The notes below the pieces were generated by a model. It saw only the letters and a list, made by a program, of their open reading frames with translations, was not told the DNA's origin and did not search any database. From Candidatus Latescibacterota bacterium (GTDB lineage: Bacteria > Latescibacterota > UBA2968): a stretch of 64,000 nt of DNA. Location: positions 5,376,001 to 5,440,000 of the forward strand of contig OZ240241.1 in assembly GCA_965198115.1 (NCBI GenBank), given 5' to 3'. Shown piece by piece: positions 1-10,506 of this stretch (positions are counted from its first letter, which is position 1; each line of letters begins with the position of its first letter). A program made the position numbers and the translations under genes.

Positions 1-2274
1 GCCCTGCTCATCCTCGCGGGCGCGATCGCTTTCATCCTCGTCCGAACGACCCTATCCGGGGCACCCACGCTACGACGTACCGGACTCGGCGTCTTGAGGG
101 GACTCATCGTCGCCCTCCTGTTGGCGCTCGCGCTCGGACCCATCCTCATCGGTCGACGCATCGATCCGGCATCGAGCGTCGCGCTCCTGCTCTTCGACGA
201 CTCCGCCAGCATGGCCATCGCTGACACACGCCAGGGAAGCCCCGCCGAAAGATTGCGATCCGCCTACCTCGCCCGTGACGGACGCTTCGAACACAGACTC
301 ACCACCACCCACACCCTTCGCCCATTCTCATTCGGTGAACGCGTTCGACCCATCAAGGACCTGGATGCGCTCTCCTTCGACCAGATCGATTCGGACATCG
401 TCGGCGGGCTTCGCGCCGCCCACGCAACGTCGGGTCGGGAGCCCGTCGCCGCCATCGTCCTCTTCTCCGACGGAACGCAACACACACCCCTCGACGAAAA
501 AGCACTCGACGGCGTGCCCCCTGTCTACACGGTGGGCGTGGGAGCCCAAGCTGTCTCCTCGCTCGCACTCGAATCCATCGCCGTTTCCAGGACCCATTTC
601 GACCGCAGTCCCATCGCCCTCACCACGCGGGTTTCTGCGACTGGCCTGGCTGGTCGACAGGCGACCATCGATGTTTTCGAAGGGGACCGGCTCGTCGAGG
701 AAACAGCCTTCACCATCGCCGAAGAAAACCATCGATCGACCCAGCGAATCGAATTCATCCCTGCCCGCACGGGCTTCACCACCTATCGCACACGCGTCCG
801 ACTGGCCGACACCGACAGCGTCACCGCCCGTGTCGAGGACCCTATCGCCGAGGACAATCACAGACACTTTCTCCTCGACAATCGGAAAAAGACCTACCGC
901 ATCCTCTACTTCACCGGTAGACCGAACTGGCAACACGCCTTCGTGCGCCGTGCCCTCGATCAGGATCCCCAGCTCGAACTGGCCAGCCTCGTCCGCATCT
1001 CCGGCCCCGATCGGAAATTCAAATTTCGCGGTATGCGGACGACGATGGCGAATCCCCTGTTCGAGGGCTTCGACGACGAGGCCGGCCTCGCGCCCCGCTA
1101 CGACGAAGCCGTCTTTCTCCGTCTCGGGGTGCGGGAATCGGAATTGGACGACGGATACCCGTCGACCGCCGTCGAGCTGTTCGATTTCGACCTCGTCATC
1201 TGGGGGGATGTCGAACGCAATTTCTTCGCCGACGACCACCTCGAACTCACCCGTCGATTCGTCTCCGAGCGTGGGGGCAGCCTCCTCCTCCTCGGAGGGC
1301 CGCGTGGCCTGTCCGAAGGCGGGTATCGAGCGACGGTCATCGAAGGGATGCTTCCCGTCACCCTCGGGGTCGCCAACACCGAACGAGCCACCGAGTTCAG
1401 ATTTCGCCCGACCCCGACTGTCGACGGCACTCTCTCCGGCATCTTCAGCCTCGATCCCGACCCCGCCACGAATCAAACGATCTGGTCCGGTTTGCCGGAA
1501 TTGTTCGGCCTCAACCCGACGATCGGGACCCGAGCGGGTGCAACCGTTCTCGCTCACGCACGCGGAACCGGCGCCAATCAGCAACCTCTCTACGCCTGGC
1601 AACCTTTCGGAAAGGGCCGAACCGCCATTCTCGCGGTCGGAGAGACGTGGCAATGGCGGATGCTTCGTGCCAGCGACGACTATCACGAACAGTTCTGGCG
1701 CCAGCTCGCACGCAGCCTCGTCCAAAGCGCGCCGGAACCCATCTCCGTCACCGCTCGAAACGAGCTCCTCGTCGGTCGACCCGACACGATTCGGATCGTC
1801 GTCCGCGACAGCCTCTACGAAAAACGCGATGGCGTATCGCTCAGAATCGAAGCGCACGGTCCCGGGGGCGAGGTCCACACCCTGCCGGTCGAGGAGTCGA
1901 TGCTGCAGACCGGAAGCTATGCCGCCGCCGTTCAGTTCGAACGCGCCGGCCGATACGACCTTGCCATCGTAGCGACCGACCGCGAGGGCGAAATCGGCCG
2001 GGCCGACGCCGCCCACTACGTACATCCCGATCACAGAGAGCGGATCTCCGCCGGCTACGACCCATCGTTCCTGCAGGACATCGCCCGACTCACAGACGGT
2101 CGATTCTACGAACTCGCCGACCTCGATCGTCTTGTCGACGAACTGCCTCCTGGACCATCCGAAGAAGAGCACTTCGATCGCGTGTCCATCTGGCACGTGC
2201 CGCAAGTTTACGGACTCCTCATCCTCCTTCTCTCACTCGAGTGGTTTCTGCGACGCCGGAAGGGTCATCCGTGA
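1..2274 (+). CDS. Membrane-anchored VWA + GATase1-like domain protein (MoxR/VWA-cluster type), 5'-truncated by window edge
   Basis: Frame open from base 1; MIDAS-like DDSASM and LFSDG; GGSLLLLGG and W-R-W segments typical of the GATase-like domain; C-terminal TM helix ending EWFLRRRKG. Confidence 0.8.
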   Translation, partial: ALLILAGAIAFILVRTTLSGAPTLRRTGLGVLRGLIVALLLALALGPILIGRRIDPASSVALLLFDDSASMAIADTRQGSPAERLRSAYLARDGRFEHRLTTTHTLRPFSFGERVRPIKDLDALSFDQIDSDIVGGLRAAHATSGREPVAAIVLFSDGTQHTPLDEKALDGVPPVYTVGVGAQAVSSLALESIAVSRTHFDRSPIALTTRVSATGLAGRQATIDVFEGDRLVEETAFTIAEENHRSTQRIEFIPARTGFTTYRTRVRLADTDSVTARVEDPIAEDNHRHFLLDNRKKTYRILYFTGRPNWQHAFVRRALDQDPQLELASLVRISGPDRKFKFRGMRTTMANPLFEGFDDEAGLAPRYDEAVFLRLGVRESELDDGYPSTAVELFDFDLVIWGDVERNFFADDHLELTRRFVSERGGSLLLLGGPRGLSEGGYRATVIEGMLPVTLGVANTERATEFRFRPTPTVDGTLSGIFSLDPDPATNQTIWSGLPELFGLNPTIGTRAGATVLAHARGTGANQQPLYAWQPFGKGRTAILAVGETWQWRMLRASDDYHEQFWRQLARSLVQSAPEPISVTARNELLVGRPDTIRIVVRDSLYEKRDGVSLRIEAHGPGGEVHTLPVEESMLQTGSYAAAVQFERAGRYDLAIVATDREGEIGRADAAHYVHPDHRERISAGYDPSFLQDIARLTDGRFYELADLDRLVDELPPGPSEEEHFDRVSIWHVPQVYGLLILLLSLEWFLRRRKGHP

Positions 2275-3230
2275 TGAGCCCGTCGCGCAGCCTCCTCATC
2301 ACCCTCGTCCTGCTCTCCACCGTGACACACGCTGCGACCTACGACCTGATCGTGTCCGGAAGCGGCGGCGAGACTGACTATCGCACCGCCTTCCAGGACT
2401 GGGGCCATCGTCTGCGATCGGTCCTCGTCGATTCGCTGGGGCACCCATCCGACCACGTCGTCCTCCTCACAGAATCCGGCGAGGACGCTGACGGCCCATC
2501 CGACCGTGGCACGATCCTCCGTCGCCTGGCCGAGATCCGCACTCGAATGTCTCAGCAGGACGACCTCTTCATCTACCTCATCGGTCACGGCAGCTATCGA
2601 CGGACCGCGCGCTTCAACGTCGAAGGCCTGGACCTTACGACCGAAGATCTCAGAGGCGCGACCGCCTCCATTCCGGGTCACATCTCCCTCATCAACACGG
2701 CTTCCACCAGCTCCCCTTTCATCGAGGCGTTAGCCGGTCCGAATCGGGTCATCTGCACCAGCACCAAAAGCGTCGACGAAAACAACGCCACACGCTTCGC
2801 AGAATACTTCATCCAGGGTCTGGAGGACCAGAGCGCCGACCGCAACCGTGACGATCGCATCTCCATCCTCGAAGCCTGTCGCAACGCCACTGCCCTCACC
2901 GCCGCATCCTATGCCGCCGAGGGCATTCTCGCGACCGAACACGCTTTGATCGGCAATGACGACGCGACACGGGGCGTTCGTCTGGACGCTGAAAAGGGCC
3001 TTGATGATTTGCCTGGCGACCGCGTATTCCTCAAAGACTGGACGTTCCCCGAATCGGTTCCAGGTGGCTGGATCGATGACTACCGCGCCGCTGTCGACAG
3101 CGTCGAAGTGTGGATCGGGAAAAAAGAATCGATCGACGAAGAGGATTACTGGAAGGAACTGGAGGCGAGGCTGATCCGAGCGGCCAGGGCTCATCGCCGG
3201 ATCAGGGAATGGAAGGGGGAACCGGAGTGA
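2274..3230 (+). CDS. Secreted caspase/C13-like fold protein
   Basis: ATG at 2274 overlaps upstream TGA (TGATG); signal-peptide-like N-terminus; FIYLIGHGS motif; DRNRDDRIS EF-hand-like loop. Confidence 0.65.
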   Translation: MSPSRSLLITLVLLSTVTHAATYDLIVSGSGGETDYRTAFQDWGHRLRSVLVDSLGHPSDHVVLLTESGEDADGPSDRGTILRRLAEIRTRMSQQDDLFIYLIGHGSYRRTARFNVEGLDLTTEDLRGATASIPGHISLINTASTSSPFIEALAGPNRVICTSTKSVDENNATRFAEYFIQGLEDQSADRNRDDRISILEACRNATALTAASYAAEGILATEHALIGNDDATRGVRLDAEKGLDDLPGDRVFLKDWTFPESVPGGWIDDYRAAVDSVEVWIGKKESIDEEDYWKELEARLIRAARAHRRIREWKGEPE

Positions 3231-3253
3231 CGTCGACTCGTGACATCACACGC

Positions 3254-3330
3254 GCGTGGGGCTGAAGCCCCACGCTACGGCAGCCCCTCGACTCCGCTCG
3301 GGATAAACTCCGCCCGCTGAAGCGGGCTGA
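3254..3330. repeat. REP cluster: GTAG-type hairpin, inserted CCCCTCGACTCCGCTCGGGATAAACTC unit, and GCCCGCTGAAGCGGGC hairpin
   Basis: Palindrome gcgtggggctgaagccccacgc followed by tac; related doublet at 20160-20208. Confidence 0.65.
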
Positions 3331-3956
3331 TTTCGCTATCCTGAATTATGCATAAAAAAGGTAGTCTCCTTGTACAAGTGTTTGTTTTTCCCTACATTAG
3401 GGCTGACACATCAAAACAACACTTGGAAGGAACTACCGTGATAGAACCTAGTCAGATCCGGTTACCATTCGCAAGCATTTCGGGCAAGGTAGTTGAGGCT
3501 GATTTTGCCGGTGGCGCCGTCAGGAGTGACGGTGGAGTTCTGTTGCTTCGCGCCCTTGAGTCTCAGATGGGATTAATCGCCAGAATGGTAGATGCTTTGC
3601 GAGATCGTCGTCACCCAAGCTATATCGATCACACGCTTTTGGATCTTGTGAAGCAGCGTGTTTTTCAGATCGCTTGCGGCTATGAAGATGCCGTCGATTG
3701 TGATGATTTGCGCCACGATCCGGGCGTCAAGGCTGCCTGCGATCGGCTTCCTCTTTCCGGTCCTGATCTCGGGAGCCAATCAACGATGACACGACTTGAG
3801 AATGATGTGCGACGCTCGGATTTGTATCGGCTCGCACGGGCTTTTGTAGACGGGTTCATCGCATCGTATGACCAGGCACCCCCAAGCATCATTCTCGATA
3901 TCGACGACACGGATGACCCAACGCACGGTGCGCAACAATTTTCACTCTTCAACGCG

Positions 3957-5331
3957 GAGTTCAGGTCAATAGGTGTGTAAAAGAAATCAGGCGGCCATCT
4001 TCCCGGCTTCGACCTGCGGTCCGGTTGAGTGTTTCTGATCGTAGACTTGTTGTAGCAAGTGTGGCGCGGTGAGTTTCCTGAATCGGCTCTCTGCGACCTT
4101 GAGCGTACGCCAGATGAGAGCCGTGGCGTTCCTGACTTTCTTGAATCGCCTGGCGGCGTTTGTGCGAAGCCGAACGGAAGCAAAGGGGCTCTCGACGACG
4201 TTCGTGGTTCTCAGGTGTTTCCAGTGTTCCTTCGGGAAGTCGTAGAACGTGACCATCCGATCCCAGTCTCTTTCGAGCGTCTCCACGGCGGCAGGGAACT
4301 GTGAGCGATACCGTGCGGCAAAGCGTTTCCGGAGCTTCTCGGCCTCCTTTTTCGTGCCGGCATAGGGGATCTGGACGAGCAGTGCGCGGGCTTCAGCCTG
4401 TGCACGCTTGGCGACCTTGTCGAGCACGTTGAGGATCTTGTGGTTCCAGCACCGTTGTTGCCGGCTCTCTGGCCAGACCTGATCAACGGCCGCCCAGATG
4501 CCCATATTCCCGTCCGCGGCGATCAGGACAGGATGTTCGAGCCCGCGATCCCGGAGATCCCGTAGCACCGTGAGCCAGGATTCTGTAGACTCTCGATAAC
4601 CGGGTTCTATCGCCAGGATCTCCTTGCTGCCGTCGCTCATCGCGCCGATCACGACCAGCAGACACGCCTTCTCGCGCTCGAGCCCGGCTTTGACGTAGAT
4701 GCCATCAGCCCAGGCGTAGACCAGTTCGCGATTATCCAGACGCCTTTCTTTCCAGTCCTGGAAGTCGACCTCCCACTTCCCTCGAAGACGAGCGATCGAG
4801 GTCGGCGAAAGCGGCGCGCCATCACCGAGCAGCGCACGCAAAGACAACTCGAAGTCGCCCTGGGAGAGACCGTGGAGATAAAGGTCGGGAAGCAGATCTC
4901 CAATGGCCCTGGTTCTCCGGGCGAACAGGGGGAGGATGCGGCTTTCAAACCGCTCTTCCAGACCACGAACCCGGGGACGCCGGACCTTGATCGTTCCGCA
5001 GCTCGTCGAGAGACGCCGGGGCTTGCCGTAGCCGTTCCTGTAGCCCCTGGAGCTATCGACCTCGGCTCGGCGCTCATACCACGACCGGCCCAAGAACGCG
5101 GTCGCCTCCTCCTCCAGAATGGACTGGAACCGGCCCTGGATCTCTTCACGGATCCAATCGTCAACCGTCTCCCACGTCGGCATGGACTTCAATGGGGCTC
5201 TATGCGTATGTTCCTTCACGGCGATCCTCCTTCCCAACCGGGCCTCTCACCCGGTTTTGTGTGAATCAACTATCTCACGGGAAGGGTAGGGTCGCCCTTT
5301 CCTCTTTTTCCACACCTTTTGATTATAACTC
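3957..5331 (-). mobile_element. IS256-family element, copy 1 (1375 bp)
   Basis: IRs GAGTTCAGGTCAATAGGTGTG / CACACCTTTTGATTATAACTC; 8-bp DR TCAACGCG at 3949-3956 and 5332-5339. Confidence 0.93.
3987..5237 (-). CDS. IS256-family transposase
   Basis: YRNGY, WADG, AADG, QRCWNH, RTTNVVES motifs; true start probably GTG at 5219. Confidence 0.93.
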   Translation of the reverse strand: MGRRIAVKEHTHRAPLKSMPTWETVDDWIREEIQGRFQSILEEEATAFLGRSWYERRAEVDSSRGYRNGYGKPRRLSTSCGTIKVRRPRVRGLEERFESRILPLFARRTRAIGDLLPDLYLHGLSQGDFELSLRALLGDGAPLSPTSIARLRGKWEVDFQDWKERRLDNRELVYAWADGIYVKAGLEREKACLLVVIGAMSDGSKEILAIEPGYRESTESWLTVLRDLRDRGLEHPVLIAADGNMGIWAAVDQVWPESRQQRCWNHKILNVLDKVAKRAQAEARALLVQIPYAGTKKEAEKLRKRFAARYRSQFPAAVETLERDWDRMVTFYDFPKEHWKHLRTTNVVESPFASVRLRTNAARRFKKVRNATALIWRTLKVAESRFRKLTAPHLLQQVYDQKHSTGPQVEAGKMAA

Positions 5332-6393
5332 TCAACGCGTATTACAATGAACACTGCTATATGCCGCTACATATCTATGAAGGCCAAAGCGGCAAGCTCA
5401 TTACGACGATCTTGAGACCCGGGCATCCGACGAACGGTAAACAGGTCGTTTCTATTCTCAAGCGCTTGGTGGAACACCTACGCGGATCTTGGCCAAACGT
5501 GGAGATCATCGTTCGCGCAGACTCAAAGTTCAGCTCACCAGAGATGCACGATTTCTGCGAAGACAACGGTATCTACTACGTTCTGGGCCAGGGCGCCAAC
5601 TCCAAGCTCAAAGCGGCTGGACAAAACCTGATGGACCAAGCGCTACGTCTGAGCGAGCATAAGGAGACGATTCGCTTGTTCTCATCCTTCTCATATCAGG
5701 CTGGCACCTACCGGCAGCCTCGCCGGATCATTCACAAGGCTGAAGTCACAAACGGCGAAGCAAATCCAAGATACCGCGTGACCAATTTACAGAGTAATCG
5801 AGACGGCTTTATCTATGATCGTATCTACTGCGCAAGGGGACGCACGGAAGGCTTCATCAAGGACCACAAAACATTCCTTCACTCCGATCGAACATCGTGC
5901 CACAAGTTTGAAGCCAACCAGTTCCGACTCTTTCTACACAGTGCTGCATACGCCTTGCTTCACGCACTCCGATCACAGGGACTCAAGGGCACCGCGTGGA
6001 CCAAACCTCAGGTCAACACGATACAGAACCGTTTCCTCAAAATCGGCGCGAGAGTCATTGAAAGCGCACGAAGAATCCGATTCCATTTTCCAACATCGTA
6101 TCCACTCAAAAACGTCTTGGTGTCAATCATCACCAGGCTCGAAACGAACACGCAGTAACAACGCCGATCTATACCGGGGACAGCTATGTACACGTCGCAA
6201 AACAACACCTGTTCCGGACGAAAATCGTGACTCTTGCGACTCGTAGAGACCGCTTACGGGACCTTGGACATCCGAAGAAGCCGAGAACAAATCCTGTGCG
6301 TGATCACATCACTCCAAAACAACCTAAACTCAAATTCATGCATGATTCAGGCTAGCGCTGTTACCCTAGGCTGTGGGAGATATGTCATCGCCG

Positions 6394-6620
6394 ACCGATC
6401 ATCCTGAGCCTGTCCTGAGCTTGTCGAAGGGTTGGCGGCTCACGAACCGAGTCTCAGAACGATCAGGTGTCTGAATGATCGCCGTATCGAAGGACGATCG
6501 GTCGCTGAGTGCGTTGACCGATAGGGCCACCGGCCGTCCTTCGATACGATCTATGCTTCGTTACGTCATACGGCATTCGCAACTTTTGACAAAGCGTCAA
6601 GATCACTCAGGATGATCGGT
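6394..6620. repeat. ~200-bp REPIN/MITE-like palindromic element
   Basis: Terminal IR ACCGATCATCCTGAG / CTCAGGATGATCGGT; inner IR GTATCGAAGGACG / CGTCCTTCGATAC; homologous copy at 35911-36113. Confidence 0.75.
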
Positions 6621-6658
6621 GGACCCCACGACAACAACGAAACAGGCGCGCCGCATTT

Positions 6659-7709
6659 TCACGCGATCATAATACACGATGGGGATGGTACGGATGTCGG
6701 ATCGCCCACCGCCGAAATCTCGCCTGACCCCGCATCGATCGCGAAAACGACGACGTTACCCTCCACCATATTGGCACATAGGAGCAGACCCCCATCGGGT
6801 GTGATGGCCAGGTTCTGCGGTCCTCCTCCCAGACTCGGCTCGATGCCCAGCAGCGACAGCCGACCGTCGGTGTCGATGGCGTAACAGGCTATGCTGTCGT
6901 GACCCCTGTTGGTCCCGTAGAGATACTTTCCGTCGGACGTGATTTTCAGATCCGCGGTGTGGCTGGTCTCGTCGTAGTCCGTGGGAAGTGTCCCGATCGT
7001 CTGCTGTTCGATGAGCGTGCCGGTCGCCCCGTCGTAATCGAACACGGTCACAGAGTTGTGCAACTCGTTGATCACATAGGCGTGCGGTGCGTGGGGGTGA
7101 AACGTGAAGTGACGGGGTCCCGCCCCAGGCAGGGTCCTGGCGAAAGACTGGTGATTGGGTGACAGGACGGCGCTCTCCGCGTCCAGTCGGTAATTCACCA
7201 GCTTGTCCATCCCAAGGTCGGCGGCATAGGCGTATCTATTGTCCGGGCTGATGACGAAGCAATGCGCGTGTGGCTCCGCCTGCCGATCCAATCGAACACT
7301 GGAGCCCTCGTGCTGGAAGAACCCCGCCGGCTCTCCGAGCGAACCGTCATCCTCGATCGGGAGGGCGGCGACGCTGCCGCCGTTGTAGTTGGCCACCACC
7401 AGCGTCTTCCCCGTCGTGTCCACGTCGACGTAACACGTTCCTCCACCTCCGGAGGACTGGTGATTGAGACGTTTCAACTGGCCATCCTCTCCGGTCACGG
7501 CAAAGGCGGCGACACCCCCCTCCTCGAACTCGTGGACCGAATAGAGGAATCGGCGATCCGACGAGAGGGCCAAGAAGAAAGGTTGCTCCACATCGGTCGC
7601 CCGATGCAGGAGCGTCATTTCTGCGGTCTCGACATTCAGACGATACGCGTGGATCGCGCCATCGTCGCCGCTGGCGAAGGCGCTGATGTAGATGAGTTGA
7701 TCGGACTTA
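6659..7709 (-). pseudogene. pgl: 6-phosphogluconolactonase-family (lactonase beta-propeller) gene, separated from its first codons by ISAzo13::ISL3
   Basis: ANYNGG, RQAEPHAH, GAGPRH, NRGHDS motifs; native start AGGAG-N6-ATG TCA GAG GCT AA lies at 10444-10431 and rejoins in frame as MSEAKSDQLIY across the TTA duplication. Confidence 0.85.
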
Positions 7710-7726
7710 GGGTTCGGAATAAATAA

Positions 7727-9146
7727 GGCTATATCCGGATCTCTCAACGAGATGAAGTGGGTGAAGGTGCCGTGGTTCCTGGCATGGGGGCGCGGTTAGC
7801 GTGTGCGGAACCTCTTCGGAATCTGCTCAGGGATGTTTATGTCTCCGACGGTAAGGAAGATCATATCGTTGAATGCGTCGAGTGTGCGGAATCCGCTGGC
7901 TCGGTTCTTGACGATTTGGACGATTCGGTTGAGGCCTTCGGCGATGGCGTTGGTAAGACGCGTGTTCACGAATGCGAGGACGCCGAAGAAGTGCTGTCGC
8001 AGGGTCCTGACGAACTTTCGCAGGGGTTCAAGTCGACTTCTGAGTGCGGACGTCGTCCAGCATTTCAGGAAGCGTTCGGCAGCCCAGGGCGCTTTGTATT
8101 CCCAGAACTGCTCGAACTCGTCCTTGAGTCTCCAGGCTCTATAGATTCGGTAGTTCGCCTTCTCCAGTGCTTTGAGTGTCCGAGTATCCCCTCTGGAGCG
8201 TGTCGCTGAGTGCCGGTAGAGGAGCCATCGGAGGCCCTTCATGGCTTTGCGCTCATCCGGGGCAGCTTTACGCCACTGGTCCTTACGGACCTCGTCAACG
8301 GCGGCATTGAGAGCCTTGACGATGTGAAAGCGATCGAGGACCAGCTTGGCATTCGGACAGTGTTCCTGGATGGCTCCGATGTAAGCTTCGCTCATGTCGC
8401 AGCAGGCCCACTCGATCTTGGATCTCTGGTAGGGACTGAGAGCCTCTGTGAAGAACCGATCGATCGTTTTACGCGCCCTGCCGCGGCCAACCCACACCAC
8501 GCAGGAGCGGTCCAGATCGTAAACGAGCGTGGCGTACCTGTGACGCTTGGCGTAGGAGATCTCGTCGATCCCGATGGTTTTGAGCCCTCGGATACGATGA
8601 CCTTCACGAAGCCGCGTGATGGATCGGTGAAGGAGATCCGACAGCGTCGAGGCAGAGATGCGCAGTAACTCGGACGCCGCCTTCTGCGTCATGGTCTGGC
8701 AGTAGCGCAGCATGGCATACTCGAAGCGATACGTCACCCGAGAGAACCGCTCCGCCCACGGAATCTCCTCGACCACACGACCGTGGGTAGGACACCGAAT
8801 CTCCCGAGGATGGTAGAGAAGCCAGACCCTCCACCCGCACACCGGAATGTCACGCCACCGACGCGGATGGGGCATTGTGCGGACGATTTTACCTCGACGG
8901 CCGCACTCCGGACAACAACAACCATTCTTATGTGGCTTTACGGCGATGACGACGCAGCTTCTCCCCTCAAACCACCAGCTGACAACACGGAACCCCTTGA
9001 ATCTCAGCAGTTTCGATAGTAATCTGCTCCCGGTCATAGGTCGCACCCCCTTCGCTTTGATTGTCCTACACACACAACCAAGCGTAGGGAACGATCTATG
9101 ACCTTGTCATTCTATAGTTTCACCGTTGAGAAACCCGGATAGAGCC
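7727..9146 (-). mobile_element. ISL3-family element, copy A (1420 bp)
   Basis: IRs GGCTCTATCCGG / CCGGATATAGCC; 8-bp DR ATAAATAA. Confidence 0.95.
7796..9073 (-). CDS. ISL3-family transposase
   Basis: CPECG zinc finger, GIDE, CCDM, DRFH, TNAIAEGLN motifs; likely start ATG at 9037. Confidence 0.95.
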   Translation of the reverse strand: MCRTIKAKGVRPMTGSRLLSKLLRFKGFRVVSWWFEGRSCVVIAVKPHKNGCCCPECGRRGKIVRTMPHPRRWRDIPVCGWRVWLLYHPREIRCPTHGRVVEEIPWAERFSRVTYRFEYAMLRYCQTMTQKAASELLRISASTLSDLLHRSITRLREGHRIRGLKTIGIDEISYAKRHRYATLVYDLDRSCVVWVGRGRARKTIDRFFTEALSPYQRSKIEWACCDMSEAYIGAIQEHCPNAKLVLDRFHIVKALNAAVDEVRKDQWRKAAPDERKAMKGLRWLLYRHSATRSRGDTRTLKALEKANYRIYRAWRLKDEFEQFWEYKAPWAAERFLKCWTTSALRSRLEPLRKFVRTLRQHFFGVLAFVNTRLTNAIAEGLNRIVQIVKNRASGFRTLDAFNDMIFLTVGDINIPEQIPKRFRTR

Positions 9147-9164
9147 ATAAATAAACGGTCGATC

Positions 9165-10373
9165 TCAATGTTGAGCCATTGGCCGGATCGTGTAGTTCCA
9201 GTCGCCGTGGAAATCGTGCGGAGTGAGATCGATTTGGGTCATCTGTTCATCGGTCACCTTGACCCCGTTAGGGTAGGGTCGCTTGTCGATCTCGGAGCGT
9301 ACTCGGAGACCGGCTTGAGTGGTCGTTCCGGCAATGAGATTCACGGTTGCAGCCAGGCTGACCAGGGGCTTGCCTCGCCAGTTCATAGCGATGAAGGAGA
9401 ACAGGCGATGTTCGATCTTGTTCCACTTACTAGTGCCAGGAGGGTAGTGGCATACGGTGATCGTCAGGCCAGTGCGATTCGCAAAGCGCTGCAGCTCCCA
9501 CTTCCACAGCCGCGTCTTGGCGCCGTTGCTGCCGCCTGCGTCCGCCGTGATTAGCAGATGCGTCGAAGTGCCGTAGGCGGGCCGTCCCATGTTCTTCCAC
9601 CAACTTCGGATCGCATTCACGGCGAAGCTGGCCGTGTCGTGATCGATACCGACACTTACCCAGCCTTCATCACGGCTCAGATCATACACTCCATAAGGGA
9701 TCGCCTTGCCCTGAGCAGGCACTATGAAATCGTGTACCTTCACACGCTCCGGGTCTCCCTTGGGTCGCCATTCTCGGCCAGGATTCTTGAAGTCGCCGAT
9801 CAACTCTTTCTTCTTGGTGTCCACCGAGATAACGGGAAGGCCCTGCTGCTGCTGCTGGCTAATCCGATCATCGAGGTAAACGAACTGAGCGTCCCGATCC
9901 GGGTGTGCAGATCCCTCCCTTGTCTTCCGATTCGCCTGCAGCGTGTAATCGTGTTCGTGCAGGAGATTGGCAACGATCCTGGGGCTCACCGAATGCCCCA
10001 TCGCTTGCAACTCGGCGGCCAGTTTGCGAGTGCTCTTCGATGTCCATCTCAGAGGATTGTCGTCAGGCGACCCCGCAGTCGTTGGCTCGACCAGATCATT
10101 CAGGTCCTGCCACAGCGTCGGGTCCGTGTCGGCCTTCCGCTTACGACCGCCGCCTGGACGCCGGATGCGAGCCGGGTCCAAAGGTTCGTCCGACCTCAAC
10201 TCCTGAATGCCACGAAAGATCCGCTCTCTGGACATTCCTGTCGCCAGAGCCACAATCGCGATCCCACCGTGACCCAACGCTTCGGCTTCCGTGGCGGCCC
10301 ACAGACGACGCGTGCGTTCCGTCAGCACCGGAGCCAAGGCTTCATACTTCGTTCGGAGAGTTTCGACGTCCAC
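9165..10373 (-). CDS. ISAzo13-family transposase (DDE_Tnp_ISAZ013)
   Basis: RIRRPGGGRK, LRWTSKS, ISVDTKKKE, ADAGGSN, SKWNKIEHR motifs. Confidence 0.93.
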   Translation of the reverse strand: MDVETLRTKYEALAPVLTERTRRLWAATEAEALGHGGIAIVALATGMSRERIFRGIQELRSDEPLDPARIRRPGGGRKRKADTDPTLWQDLNDLVEPTTAGSPDDNPLRWTSKSTRKLAAELQAMGHSVSPRIVANLLHEHDYTLQANRKTREGSAHPDRDAQFVYLDDRISQQQQQGLPVISVDTKKKELIGDFKNPGREWRPKGDPERVKVHDFIVPAQGKAIPYGVYDLSRDEGWVSVGIDHDTASFAVNAIRSWWKNMGRPAYGTSTHLLITADAGGSNGAKTRLWKWELQRFANRTGLTITVCHYPPGTSKWNKIEHRLFSFIAMNWRGKPLVSLAATVNLIAGTTTQAGLRVRSEIDKRPYPNGVKVTDEQMTQIDLTPHDFHGDWNYTIRPMAQH

Positions 10374-10506
10374 ACTCCGAGCGTAAGATCATTACCTTGA
10401 AAAGTGCAGCACTTATTTCGTGGCAAACCCTTAGCCTCTGACATTGTGATCTCCTGTCGATATCTGGCGTGTAGTTACTCTTCGAAAACAATAATGGTCA
10501 CCGAAC

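Larger units (their letters stand above)
3438..6158 (+). pseudogene. IS1380-family (DDE_Tnp_1_4) transposase split by IS256
   Basis: GTG at 3438 after GAAGGA; motifs SDGGVLLL, GYEDAVDCDDLRHDP, LDIDDT, IVRADS, YCARG..E..IK; halves rejoin across the 8-bp DR. Confidence 0.9.
3340..6351 (+). mobile_element. IS1380-family element (1629 bp net), interrupted by IS256
   Basis: IRs CCTGAATTATGCAT / ATGCATGATTCAGG; near-identical inverted copy at 25608-30046. Confidence 0.92.
7710..10430 (-). mobile_element. ISAzo13-family element, copy 1, with ISL3 in its right IR
   Basis: Ends GGGTTTGCCACGAAATAA / GGGTTCG(C)GAATAAATAA; 3-bp DR TTA at 7707-7709 and 10431-10433. Confidence 0.88.

Noticed and set aside
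275-2205. Long alternative-frame ORFs (565 aa +, 625 aa -) and similar ones throughout
   Set aside because: Shadow ORFs of GC-rich genes; Ser/Pro/Arg-rich or antisense, with no motifs
3348-3980. IS1380 ORFs as listed (210, 279, 367 and 194 aa) as separate genes
   Set aside because: Fragments of one transposase with ends borrowed from the inserted IS256
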